Notes under the pieces: generated by a model | Database searches by the model: none | Seen by the model: only the letters and a program-made list of their open reading frames with translations | What the model was told of the DNA's origin: nothing | Shown here: positions 1-11,083 of the stretch, one piece after another | Position numbering within the stretch: position 1 is the stretch's first letter | Layout: each line of letters begins with the position of its first letter | DNA from: Cyanophora paradoxa CCMP329 | Lineage: Eukaryota; Plantae; Glaucophyta | Reading direction: 5' to 3' | Length of the DNA stretch: 64,000 bases | NCBI GenBank assembly: GCA_004431415.1 | Contig: QPMI01000453.1 | Span: 1 to 64,000, forward strand | Made by a program: the position numbers and the translations under genes

Positions 1-138
1 AAGACTGTGACTGCAAAGCAGAAAAGAAGGGCAGATCACACAATAATAGATACTGTGAGTAGAAGGGTTGCCCTAAACTGCTTTGATGCAAAGAGATACA
101 TCTTACCAGATGGTATTAATTCTGTTCCTTTTAATTAA
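1..138 (+). CDS. C-terminal end of protein-primed family B DNA polymerase (pPolB), partial
   Basis: Frame 1 reads KTVTAKQKRRADHTIIDTVSRRVALNCFDAKRYILPDGINSVPFN*, matching the Polinton pPolB terminal motif (L..FDDKRYIL.DGI.TLP). Confidence 0.8.
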   Translation, partial: KTVTAKQKRRADHTIIDTVSRRVALNCFDAKRYILPDGINSVPFN

Positions 139-141
139 GAG

Positions 142-1515
142 ATGCCAGCAACTGGAAGAATAGTTAGGAGAACCACTGAGCAACTGCAAGGTAACCTATT
201 GCCCATCACAGTTCCAAAGGAGGAAAAGGGAGAATCTCGAATTGTTAAAAAGTCAGAGATGAAAGAGCTTGTCCCAGTAGAGATTCCAGTTGCTATTGCA
301 GTGAAAGAAACAGCAAGATTGCCAAGAGATTCTATGATGTGAGAACTGGTTACAAAGGGCTTCAAGCTATGAGGGCTGAGTTACCTGATGAATCCTATAA
401 GCAGTTGCAAGAGTTCTATAAAAAACAGGAAGTTGTTCAGATCAATGCACCTGCTATATCTAGAAAGAGAGATCCCATGGTTCCAATAAGGCAACCCTTG
501 ATACCTATGTGATTGATTTGCTCTTTTCCCAGCTTATAAGAAACAAAACAATGGCTATGATACCTTTATGACTGCAATGGAATCCACACTGAGAACTGGG
601 TATACATACCTATAAGGATAAATCAGCTCTCACTACATTAGCTGCATTTAAACAGCTTGAGATGAGAGTGGCAAGACCCATAGTAAAGGTTCAATCAGAT
701 GCTGGGAGTGAGTTCCAAAATCGAATATCCAGGAGTATTTATCTAGTAAATCATAGAACACCAAGTGAGTGAACTGCTGACCACAGGAGCCAAGGTCGAA
801 TTGAAGCCTTTAACAAGCAGATTAAGAGACTGATCACAAACTACTGCATAGCCAATAATACAGCTAGATTCTTTGATGTGTTAGGTGATATTGAGTATAA
901 TTACAATAATACAGTCCACTCAGCTACTAAGATGAAGCCAGGCGAAACTACAGAGGAGCATTATAGGTATATAGTGGGATTAGAAGATGAGAGATTCAAG
1001 AAATCAATAGCTTATCTTGATACCATGCAGCCTGGCATGTTTGTTAGAGTGAAAGTGAGAAGAACCCCTTTGCCAAACAGGGTAACAATTGGTCTAGGAT
1101 GGTTTACACTGTTGATAGTAGGGAAGGCTTAAGTTTAAGCTAAGGAGTCCCACTGGAGAGATCATAGATAACAGATTTGCATTCCATGAGCTGTTGCCTG
1201 TGAATGCAGTTGAGTATCTGAAACACCTACAGTGGATGCCTTGGAGCAAGCTAAAGAGGAAGCTAGGGTTGATGCTGCTATAAGGAGAGAAGGCATAGAA
1301 GCTGCTAATGAAGTCCCAGATAAGCCTTTGATAGAGGCTAGAAAGGAGAAGACTGGCAAAGTTAATAGGGAACTCAAAAGCTCACCATAGCAGGGACACA
1401 GAAACTTTCAGAAGTGAATAGCCAGAGATGGTATAATGACTTTCAGACTACTAAGGAGTCATATACAGTCCCTAAACCTCAGAGAACACTAAGAGAAAGG
1501 ACCAAAACTAGCTAG
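142..1515 (+). pseudogene. Polinton-type retroviral-like (rve, DDE) integrase with multiple frameshifts
   Basis: Across frames: FYDVRTGYKG..QEFYKKQEVVQ, YVIDL, QSDAGSEF, DHRSQGRIEAFNKQIK, YNNTVHSATKMKP, GMFVRV; stop TAG at 1513-1515. Confidence 0.85.
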
Positions 1516-1993
1516 TTTGCTAGCCGAAAACTCGTTTTTTCCAAATATATGTATGACTGATATACATATATGCATATGATATACACATTGTCTTGTAGAT
1601 CTTTTCAAGCGCTTCACAGCGATATGCAGAACGTTGCGATTTGATAATCTGGTGATGAGATACAAGCGTTTGAAGATGCCGATTATCGATTTTTCGAGAT
1701 TTCGGAATGATGCATCATAATGATGTAATAATGATGTATCATAAACAAATAACATATATATATCGCCGTGATCGTCATGATCTCCCGAGTTCGATGGTGT
1801 GTCATATATATCATATACATATGCATCGTCATTATGACATCATTTCGTAACATAACACGTCCGTCATCGTCTTTTTCCGCAGCGAACAGATAAGTGAACA
1901 GTTAACGAGACAACTATTGTAATAGTGTACTGCAACAACAATTGAAAACAAGATATGTGGGAAAGCTATTGAAAGACAATGAAGCAAATTGCG

Positions 1994-2092
1994 AACAATT
2001 AAGTGAACAGTTAAGTGGACACCTGTTGGGAGTAGGCAGTGTCTACTCGTTTATCGTGAAACGGTGTCCACTTAACTGTTCATTTAACTGTT
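1994..2092. repeat. 30-bp inverted repeat (28/30 match) enclosing a smaller hairpin
   Basis: 1994-2023 AACAATTAAGTGAACAGTTAAGTGGACACC vs 2063-2092 GGTGTCCACTTAACTGTTCATTTAACTGTT; inner GAGTAGGC-AGT-GTCTACTC. Confidence 0.85.
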
Positions 2093-3019
2093 GACGAAAA
2101 CCCATGCATTATGACATCATATCATTAAACCACATACAAAACACTAAAACGCATGTATCTCTTCACCAACTCATCATCTGACAAAACCAAAAACAGATTC
2201 GAAATCCTCTTAACGAGGCCTGCGTGACGATATAAGTATCATAGGTTCAATAATTCATATGTTATAAGCATCTCCCCTAGATTCCCCCTATTATATTATA
2301 TTTATATTTAAGTGGAGTCAAGGTTGACTCATATTAATCGTAAAAGTAGTAATAGTATATGGATTTTGTTACGAATTCAATGGGAGGGTTGACTAAGTGG
2401 GTTGAGTTGACTCAAATTTCACAGGAAATATTTGGGACCTAAAGTTTCTAAAAAGGATTTGAAAAAATGTGTCAACTCCCCCACTTAGTCAACCCTGACC
2501 ATAAACAGTAAGGATTTGAGCTAACATGTATCACAAAGTGAACATTTTGAGTCCACTTAGAAGATCCACTTTTGAAATCCAAGTTGATTTTGCTTGAAAT
2601 TTCAAAGTTGATCTAAAAGTGAGTCCACCCTGATTGATTATGGTAACAAAGTTGACTAAGTTGACTAAGTTGAGTCATCTTAAGAAATTCAAAGAGACTA
2701 AGAGTTCAAAATGTTTATGAAAGTGAGTCAACTTAGACCACTTATGATAACAAAGTTAAATATTTAATTGATTTAATCGGAAAAGAACATGATTTAATCG
2801 AATTTATTGATATAATTCCGATTAGATTCATTTAGGATTCAATTAAGATCAATCGAAGTTATTGATATAATTCCGATTAACTACAATTAAGATACAATAT
2901 CGATTAATCGAGTTTATCGATATAACATCGATTAAATTAATTGAAAATGCATGTAAAATATGAAAATTCAGGTGAAAATTCAAATAAATTAATCGATTTT
3001 ATTGATATAACATCGAATC

Positions 3020-3092
3020 ACACATATGAATATTCATATTTTAATCCTGAGGCGGAACGCCGAGGGATTAAAATATGAATATTCATATGTGT
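3020..3092. repeat. Perfect 28-bp inverted repeat (hairpin) with 17-nt loop
   Basis: ACACATATGAATATTCATATTTTAATCC / GGATTAAAATATGAATATTCATATGTGT; loop contains GGCG-GAA-CGCC. Confidence 0.95.
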
Positions 3093-3413
3093 CGGGTGTA
3101 GGTTCCACCTCCATTCTGCGCATACTGCTGTGTGCCAATCAGAACGTTAAGGTAATTAACAAGGCTCGTGGGGTCGTAATTTCCGGCTTTGAAGGTGTTG
3201 TCCGGGTCTTCTGGGCATTGATGTTATCGTAGGTGACTGTGGTAATGGTTCCATCTGTGGTGAGGTTGTATAGATTATTAAATAGCTCAAAATTCGTGAT
3301 TCTGCAAGATTTGACTCGCTTCACGGGATAGGGAAGTTTATAGCGGAAATTCGCGGAACTGGTAGAATCAGCTTCGCGATCCTGGAATCGATATTGATTA
3401 GTATTTTTCCCAT
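3093..3413 (-). pseudogene. Minor capsid protein (penton) N-terminal fragment, frameshifted and 3'-truncated
   Basis: Joined frames: MGKILINIDSR(D)READSTSSANFRYKLPYPVKRVKSCRITNFELFNNLYN...FKAGNYDPTSLVNYLN; IDSRDR, F.Y.LP.P.K.V and GNY motifs are typical of PLV/NCLDV pentons; divergent from MCP. Confidence 0.7.
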
Positions 3414-3465
3414 TTGTGTTCGTTACTATCCGTGTATAAATTATTTTGTTCACGATTAGTAAACA

Positions 3466-4687
3466 ATGGCGCTCGCTGGAACCACTCTTAAAGAGCTCCT
3501 CGTCACCCCCAATTCGAGCGAACTATATCTATCCCCGGTCTGGTCATTGGCGCCAACCCGAAATATAAGCCATTCATTGAAACAGTCAAGCCTCGTGGCA
3601 ACACCTTTGGCTTTGCTTCTACTGCGGTCTTTGACCTCCCACGCAAACAGCTACTCAGCGGTCTCTCCCTCTACTTCAAACTCACTGGTGGTGGTGGTGC
3701 GAACGCTACCCTTCCAAACTGTGCGAGTAGCTTCATTGAAAATGTCCGAATCGTCCATGGCGGTTTTAAACTTACGTTACCCGGTGACTGGATCACTGTG
3801 AACACCATCGTCGACAACGATCCCTCAACTCTGGGTGCTCTCGCCACCTCCTATGGCATGGATGATGCCGCTATTGTTCTTAATAACACTTCTCGCGAGT
3901 TTATTGTTAAGATCCCCTCGCAAATGTGGGACGACTCTTACTTCCCCCTCTGTGCACTTGCTGAGATGCCCCAAATTGAGGTCGATTTCCGGGCTTCGAC
4001 TGTTGTAACTCTTGCTTTAAATGCTACCATCGCTATGAGCGATTGCCATCTCGTTTGTCAGTTCGTTAACATTTCCTCTGATGAGGCGGAGCGACTGCTT
4101 AAAATGGCAAACGAAGAGGGTGGCATTCGCATCCCAATTACTGAGGTTCTCCACAAGCAAACCCGCCCACTGAAAACGGCGGATGCCGACACTGCGACTG
4201 AGGTCTCGCTTGCTAATGTGAGCGGGCTCGTCCACTCGGTTCTGCTTACAGTCCGAAAGAATGCGGATCTGAAAACGGTTAACCACTCTCGCTTCTATGG
4301 CAAGGGCGAAACCTACAACATCACCAACTTCGAGATTTACCACAACAATCGCACCCTCGATATTTCAAATAAGCCAATCTCGGGCTTCCTTTCCGCTGTG
4401 AACCACATCCCTCTCACTACAAGGGTGCGAGCACAGGTGGTGCGGCTGTTGGAGTCGCTGAGGGAAGCGTTTATGGTGTTGTTCTGAGCAAGTCCGGCAA
4501 GGATTCCCTGCACAACTCGGTTCTCGGTTATCAGGACTTTTTCAACTCGTCATCAAGCTACATGAACCTCACAGTGAATGGCTGCACTGATGCCAATCCG
4601 GTTGTGGTGGATATATTCACACTTCGCCACAATGTCCTTGTAATCAATGGCTATCAACTGTCGACCCTCAAAGTTAGCAACTTCTAA
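3466..4687 (+). CDS. Major capsid protein (double jelly-roll), about 400 aa, two apparent frameshifts
   Basis: Joined frames give TAVFDLPRKQLLSGLSLYFKL, SSFIENVRI, FIVKIP..YFPLCALAEMPQIEVDFR, LANVSGLVHSVLLTVR, ending RHNVLVINGYQLSTLKVSNF*; lies between penton and ATPase. Confidence 0.8.
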
Positions 4688-4763
4688 GCGTAGTAAGGTG
4701 CGGCGCTCGCGCAAGGCTCGCTTAGCGTGCCGCTTTTGTCTGTTTTTTTATGTCTTTACTGTA

Positions 4764-5531
4764 ATGGATAAGGAAACCATAAATCTGGATGAAATACCTG
4801 AGTTGGATCCTGCAAGGAACATAGTTTTACCAACAAGAATCGGTTGCTGGGGACGTAGTAACACTGGGAAGACTACGTTTGCGAAATATTTACTGTATGA
4901 GCTTCGCGACCAAATCGATCAGGTCGTGGTTTTTAGTTCGACTGCATTTACTGGTCAATGGCAAGACATCACACACCCCGATAACATATTTGAGGAATGG
5001 AACGATGACCTTGTGGTTAAGCTCATCGGGATGCAAAAGAAACGAATCGAAAAGGGAGAGAGAAAGAACAGCTTAGTTTTGATATTAGATGACATGATTG
5101 GATCCTCGCTAAATATGGAGACGAATATGGTCTTGAAAAAGCTGGTAACCTCTGGAAGACATTATATGATATCCCTCATCGTGAATTCACAACGCATGTG
5201 CTCAGTAAGCACTACAATTAGGCGCAACCTCGAACTCGTGGTCTTTTTCAATATATTAGGGAACGAAAAAGAGTTTAACTGTGCTTTTGATGAATATAAT
5301 GGTGGTCTCAGTAAGAGAGACTTTAAGGAACTAAATAGGCTATGGGGTCATAGTTATCAGGTGGTCTGCGTGGGTTTGCAAGGCTACGACGTTAAGTTCT
5401 ACACAGACCGGGCGATCCTATCAGAAGACGACTTGAAAAAGATGACTCGGAAGTTCGGCAAGAGGCGGGCACTGCAAAAGAAGGAACGGTTGGCTCGCAT
5501 ACAGCGCGAGGGCGCTACGGTTACGATGTAG
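4764..5531 (+). CDS. A32-like DNA packaging ATPase
   Basis: Walker A GRSNTGKT, Walker B VLILDD, SGRHYMISLIVNSQ and IRRN motifs; intact 255 aa from ATG 4764. Confidence 0.95.
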   Translation: MDKETINLDEIPELDPARNIVLPTRIGCWGRSNTGKTTFAKYLLYELRDQIDQVVVFSSTAFTGQWQDITHPDNIFEEWNDDLVVKLIGMQKKRIEKGERKNSLVLILDDMIGSSLNMETNMVLKKLVTSGRHYMISLIVNSQRMCSVSTTIRRNLELVVFFNILGNEKEFNCAFDEYNGGLSKRDFKELNRLWGHSYQVVCVGLQGYDVKFYTDRAILSEDDLKKMTRKFGKRRALQKKERLARIQREGATVTM

Positions 5532-5799
5532 CCTTGTAGAGCTTTTCGAGAGCATTCCGGCGCTATTTTTGGTTTTGCAAGGCGATGATTTGGTGAAGAG
5601 ATACAGGGTGTTGACGGTTTGCGTGGCGTTTCGATTGTTTTTCGAGTTTTCTACTCGGTCGCTCATGTTTTTTTCTTTTTTGTTCGTGTTGTTTTGTTTT
5701 TGTTTGGTTTCGTTTTTTCTAACTTTTTGGTATCCCCCCTGTCACCCCTGTCACCTTAACCGGTATCCCCCCTGTCACCCATGAATGAAATTAAATAAT

Positions 5800-6004
5800 T
5801 TGGTGGCGGCTTGTCGTTTAAACGACAAGTCTTCATTGGCGGCTTGTCGTAAAAACGTCAAGTCTTTGGCGGCTTGTCGTAAAAACGTCAAGTCTTTGGC
5901 GGCTTGTCGTAAAAACGTCAAGTCTTTGGCGGCTTGTCTAGGCTTGTCTAGGGCTTGTCTAGCGAACCTGTCTAACCCTGTCTAATCCTGTCTAACCCTG
6001 TCTA
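5800..6004. repeat. 30-bp tandem repeat (about 4 copies) followed by short TGTCTA repeats
   Basis: GGCGGCTTGTCGTAAAAACGTCAAGTCTTT iterated; then (G/C)(C/T)TGTCTA-type units. Confidence 0.9.
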
Positions 6005-6303
6005 GTGGCTTGTGATTGGTCGAATAACACACAAAAACACAAAATTATACTTCCATGCATTCTACATGTTTTCGGAATCGCCGCGATGTGATGACCCCGA
6101 ATATGTCGGTGACGCCGGTATATATATGTATATGTCGTGATATGCGAAAAAAAAGTAAAAAAAATGAAAAATCGGAAGTTGTCCGGGGTGGTATATACGG
6201 AGGCTCGGATGTATATACCTTACATATACATGAGTATATCGCTATTTTTTCAGTTGTAGTTATCGGAGAATATGGTGGAGTATCGGTGGATCGGTGGAAT
6301 ATT

Positions 6304-6726
6304 ACGATAAATGGTATCGTGGGGCAGAAAGTTTTGGATTCAATGTACGACAATCGAGAAATATGGTATACGTGTGTGTTATTTATAGAAAAATTCGTTT
6401 ATGGTAAGGATTTATGAAATTCAATGAGATATGAGACGATAAATCGTATCGTGGGGCAGAAAGTTTTTGGATTCAATGTACGACAATCGAGAAATATGGT
6501 ATACGTGTGTGTTATTTATAGAAAAATTCGTTTATGGTAAGGATTTATGAAATTCAATGAGATATGAGACGATAAATCGTATCGTGGGGCAGAAAGTTTT
6601 TGGATTCAATGTACGACAATCGAGAAATATGGTATACGTGTGTGTTATTTATAGAAAAATTCGTTTATGGTAAGGATTTATGAAATTCAATGAGATATGA
6701 GACGATAAATCGTATCGTGGGCAGAA
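6304..6726. repeat. 133-bp tandem repeat, three copies plus a partial fourth
   Basis: Units start at 6304, 6436, 6569, 6702 (ACGATAAAT.GTATCGTGGGGCAGAAAG...). Confidence 0.95.
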
Positions 6727-6781
6727 CGCCCAATATACCATTTTTTTATACAAAGGAATTGGCTTTATACTTGCAATCAAG

Positions 6782-7003
6782 TCACAGATAAGTTTTGTAA
6801 ATATGCTTTTGTTGTTTTTTGTTTGCATTCTCAGACACTGAAACAGTAATGTGAATGTTTACTGATCTATTTCTCTTTGGTTTAGCTGCATACATATTGT
6901 AACCTATCAATCTCTGTGACATTTCGATATATGCCCCTATATCTCCATGCTTTATGCATTTATCTAACTCAGTCATGGTCATCTCATCAAGAGTCTTTGC
7001 CAT
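6782..7003 (-). CDS. Small hypothetical viral protein
   Basis: ORF MAKTLDEMTM...; preceded by a variant of the TACTTAA motif seen upstream of neighbouring genes. Confidence 0.45.
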   Translation of the reverse strand: MAKTLDEMTMTELDKCIKHGDIGAYIEMSQRLIGYNMYAAKPKRNRSVNIHITVSVSENANKKQQKHIYKTYL

Positions 7004-7069
7004 TTTGTCTTCACTATACACAATCAAGTAAGCCTTAAGTATTCTTGTCAAATTTTGGTCATTTTCGAT

Positions 7070-7173
7070 AGGTGTGACAGGTGTGACAGGTGTGACAGGT
7101 CTATCCCATCGATTTTGAAAATCAACTTTTCACCAGGGCTTTCCTTGGGATGGACCTGTCACACCTGTCACAC
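7070..7173. repeat. Iterated 9-mer AGGTGTGAC within a 28-bp inverted repeat, candidate replication origin
   Basis: 7081-7108 GTGTGACAGGTGTGACAGGTCTATCCCA vs 7146-7173 TGGGATGGACCTGTCACACCTGTCACAC (27/28). Confidence 0.75.
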
Positions 7174-7232
7174 AAACCATTTTCAGTAAGGCTATAAAAA
7201 TATATGTAAATCTCAATCATTAATCGTTTTCT

Positions 7233-9558
7233 TTAATATTCGGCATCATCTTCATTGTCTTCCTGAACCCTTGTTATCTTTCGAATCCCAATATATCCTC
7301 TGGCAAGAATACCATTAACTCGTTTTCTTTCTGATTTAACATTGAAGATCTCCCTTACTCTTTTCATAACAGATACACATTCAACTTTATCATCAACACT
7401 TTTGTATGATTTGTAAATGATATCACTGGAAACAAAGTCGTTAGCATTATGTGTAACCTCGAAATTATCTCGAAGCCATTCACCAATCTTATCATTTTCA
7501 GCTATAAAGTTAATTCCCTGTTCAATAATCGATTGAGGGGACTTCTTAAGATCTCTTCAACCTCTTTGTTCTTCCACATATCCAGTAATATCTTCATGTG
7601 AGCCATCTTATACTCATCATCATTGTGTAGAAGTGTGAACAGAGTTGGGTCAGCTTTCTTTTGACCAGCTTCTGGCTTCTCTCTGAATATATTATTGAAT
7701 CTCTGATAGGAAAGTCTTCTTTGAATTGCAAAGTCTGGTTTATTTATAGTCAAATTGTCATTAGTTGTAATGTAGACCTGAAACATTGGGGTAAGGATAA
7801 CTGGGTCTTTGAACAAGGCTCTCACAGTCATTTCATTTCCACCTGTGACCTCCTTAATCTTGGAGATCTGCAGTTTATCACCATCTTCAGCCTCATTACT
7901 GAATACAAGTCGCTTTCCAAGGAGTTTGGCAAGTTCAGGAGTAGCCTCTGATGAGTTCTTTTTAGGCTTAGTCCAATAGGATATTTCGAGAGGGCTGTAA
8001 TAGCGACCAGATATCTGTTTGCAGTATTCCTGAACAAGTGATTTACCATTAGCACCAGCACCAGTCCACATATAGAACTTCTGGGATTTAGTTGATCCAC
8101 TAAGGCAATTGCAATGGATGCCAGAAGATACTTTCGCTCTGCTGGATCATCCACAATCTCTTTATAAATCTGATTGAGATGCTCTATTTTCTTGGGGTCT
8201 ACATTCTCAGTAAAATCATAACCCACACTCTTGCTCACCATATCTTCCAGTTTACCCTTTCTGAAAGTCATAGTTGTCAGATCAAATACACCATTATCGA
8301 ATCCAATTACATATGGAACTGTATCAATCTTTTCATAGAATTCATCATCATTTAGCAGAGGGAGCAGATCAGTCAGAAGGGATTTGCGAAATCCTGATTG
8401 TTTAAGATTTTTGGCAATGGTCATCAATGTTTTGGATCTTTCTTCGAAAGCTGCTTTGTTTTCCTCATCCTTTAAAGCTCTTTGACTATAATGCACAGCC
8501 CTTCCAAGGTATTGGGGGACAACAAGACGGCTTATATCTAGGTAAATCTTTAGGTTTGTGTCATCATGCTCCCAAATCCCAGTATCAGTATTGAGTTTGA
8601 ACCATGACTTTTTGGAGTATCTCCATGTATGTTTAAGAACCTCTTTGCATACTAAACTCACATCATAATGAGCGCCACCAGAACCAGCGGATTTATCTAT
8701 AAGATTGAAGATATCAGATTGCATTCCAATGCAGATGAATCGTTTTTTGCAATTTCCACTGTAGCTTGACACAATGTATTTGTTATCATCTCCTTTAGCT
8801 TTCATAACATACCAGTTATTCGATTCATGTGAACCATTGCAGCATGGGCAATTGAGTCCCTTGTTAGCAGCATCAAAGTTAAAGCCAAGTTCAGTTTTAG
8901 AGATTATATTGGGATGCATAAATCCCATATCCACCAGCTCTTTGATAATATTGTTTTCAAGTTCATCATATGAGGTAGCATTAGCAGTATACTCACTCTT
9001 ATAGATGTAGTTATCTATAATCCACTTTTTGAAGTCATCAGTAGGCTCATTGAAATCACAGGTATCATCCCATGGGGAGATCACCCAAGCCTTGTTGACA
9101 CTGGGACAAACATTAATTAATCCAGAAGTTCCAGTTCCAGTGATTGTTTTCAGGTCAACCTTTTCAAAGCCTTTAAAGCCTGGAGCCTTATCGGTGATTT
9201 TGAGTTTAGTGAACTCCTCAGGTCGTTTAAAGTAGACATGATAGCCTTTTTTAGTTTTTGCCATGGGCTGATTGGCATCAAAGTCATCAGGAAACATATC
9301 CCGGAATTTGTCAAAGTCCTCCTCATCATCAAAGTCAATAACCATCATGTTGTCTGAGAGCAGAATGCCCCAAGATACATACTGATTAGTTGCCAGCGCT
9401 TCCTCATACTTTTCCCAGGACCAAGCACCTCCCTTATGCTTGAAAACAGGGTCTTTGCTGTCAGGTTTCACTGGGATAATCATGTTTTTGGCTAGATCCT
9501 CATCAGATCTGAGCCAGTTAGCGAGCGATTTGAGCGATTTAGTCTGTTTGGCGTTCAT
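7233..9558 (-). CDS. PrimPol-type primase fused to D5-like SF3 helicase, two apparent frameshifts (near 8085 and 7530)
   Basis: MVIDFD and KTKKGYHVYF primase motifs, CPCCNGSH Zn site, IGFDNGVFDL (D5_N), Walker A GAGANGKS, Walker B RLVFSNE, motif C ITTN, C-terminal RGYIGIR. Confidence 0.9.
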
Positions 9559-9579
9559 TTTCAGCGATTGGGGTCCCTT

Positions 9580-9612
9580 TTATATATATAGAAGATTTTT
9601 CTTTAAGTAGTT
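9580..9612 (-). promoter_or_regulatory. Conserved viral upstream motif (A[CT]TTAAAG-N~10-TATATA), also present upstream of ORFs starting at 10025, 10713 and 11083
   Basis: Minus strand: TACTTAAAGAAAAATCTTCTATATATATA; AAAAAATGATTTAAAGAATTCTCTATATATA; AAAAAATGATTTAAAGAAAATATCTTCTATATA; TACTTAAAGGAAATTTTATATTGTATATATA, each shortly upstream of an ATG. Confidence 0.7.
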
Positions 9613-9770
9613 TTGGGTCCCCCAATCATTTTTTGTTGGAAATCGAGAAAGTATCCCTACGAAATTTATCCACATGATATATCGAGTGGTTTAGATACAA
9701 AAAGGATGAATGGGTATTTCAGCGAATAAACAGCATATCCCCAGCCTAGTAATATGCTGGGAAAAATAAT

Positions 9771-10025
9771 TTAGACATGTTTCAATTTTCTCCCTCTATT
9801 TGAGTAAGGGACATCATACAAATACTTGACAAAGCAGACTGCATTGGCTGCATACTTTCGCTGACATGAACTTGCTATTTTCATTGCTCTATAGGTATCA
9901 TCGGTTTGATATAGATCTCTTAGCTGTGTGGCTATTTTTTCGTTAAACTTTTTGATTTGAGCCTTACCTTTTTCAGTTTGCTGGTATCTCTTCATAGCTC
10001 TCTTCTGGGCTTCACTGAGTGGCAT
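9771..10025 (-). CDS. Small basic hypothetical viral protein
   Basis: 84-aa ORF MPLSEAQKRAMKRYQQTEKGK...; upstream shared motif. Confidence 0.6.
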   Translation of the reverse strand: MPLSEAQKRAMKRYQQTEKGKAQIKKFNEKIATQLRDLYQTDDTYRAMKIASSCQRKYAANAVCFVKYLYDVPYSNRGRKLKHV

Positions 10026-10062
10026 TTTTCCTCTGTCTCTCTTAATATATATAGAGAATTCT

Positions 10063-10713
10063 TTAAATCATTTTTTGTTTTGCGGTTTCTGGATATTTCT
10101 TTGAACAATATGTTAGCAACATTTCTTCAAACTCCTCAGGGCTTGCATGTTGTTTGCAATCACAAGTTGCTGATGGAACAGGAAACACCTTTGGGCAGAT
10201 TGGCTTCTTACAATCACATTTATACATGTGGTATTCATTATATTTGCGATCACTGAACATTTTGATGACATCATTCGCAAAATTTGTTTTTAAACTTTCA
10301 TATTTTTTCCAATGGAGCCTATCACACAACGGAATATAATTATAGAATTGATTTGCATCCGTCAAATAATGACATAGACCAAGATCATAGAAATCATCTC
10401 GAAACCAGACCTTGCAGATGAGTTGTTCAAGAGGATTTGTGTGTGAAATCCTTGCAATGTATGAAAGAAATGAATATTCACATCTGCAAAGAGGACATGA
10501 TATGCAATAGTTGCTATCTGCAAGCATCATTTTTGGGTATCCTTCAAACTGTCTGAAAGCTTTCTGTGTGCAGCAGTAGAGCAGGGATACCTCATTAGAG
10601 TCATGAACTTTATAGATGTACTTTATAATGCAGGATTCACAAAAGAAATGCTCACAAGCAAGCTCAATGATTGTATTCCTTTGAATAGTTTTGAAACAGA
10701 TTGGGCATGACAT
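10063..10713 (-). CDS. RING-finger (C3HC4-like) protein, putative E3 ubiquitin ligase
   Basis: CPIC..LACEHFFCESCI..(long insert)..CPLCR. Confidence 0.7.
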   Translation of the reverse strand: MSCPICFKTIQRNTIIELACEHFFCESCIIKYIYKVHDSNEVSLLYCCTQKAFRQFEGYPKMMLADSNYCISCPLCRCEYSFLSYIARISHTNPLEQLICKVWFRDDFYDLGLCHYLTDANQFYNYIPLCDRLHWKKYESLKTNFANDVIKMFSDRKYNEYHMYKCDCKKPICPKVFPVPSATCDCKQHASPEEFEEMLLTYCSKKYPETAKQKMI

Positions 10714-10765
10714 CTTCGATATATATCTATATAGAAGATATTTTCTTTAAATCATTTTTTGTTGC

Positions 10766-11083
10766 TCAGCTAAATGTAATTGTTTCAACATCACATGCAT
10801 TGTAGTCCAGAATGTTGAACAAGGTGAACTCTGGATACTGTAATGTGTTTCTACAGAATGGGCATTTTGTATTCCCGACTATTTCCTCCTGCTTTTTCAT
10901 ACATCCTATACAGACTGTCTTAAAGCACTGATCACACACAAACTGATCATAGCTTGTCTCATCACATTTACATAAACTGCATAGAATTCGTTTATACTCT
11001 GAGTTTTCACAGGTTTCATTCCTTTCTCTAATGTTTCTCAGGATTGCTGAAATTTCTAGCGTTCTTTGACTCTCCTGGTTCAT
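10766..11083 (-). CDS. RING-like zinc-finger protein
   Basis: From ATG 11083: CSLC..CDQCFKTVCIGC..CPFCR. Confidence 0.65.
   Translation of the reverse strand: MNQESQRTLEISAILRNIRERNETCENSEYKRILCSLCKCDETSYDQFVCDQCFKTVCIGCMKKQEEIVGNTKCPFCRNTLQYPEFTLFNILDYNACDVETITFS

Noticed and set aside
1520-6300. Terminal inverted repeats between 1520-1850 and 6045-6170
   Set aside because: Only patchy AT-rich similarity, no alignable arm
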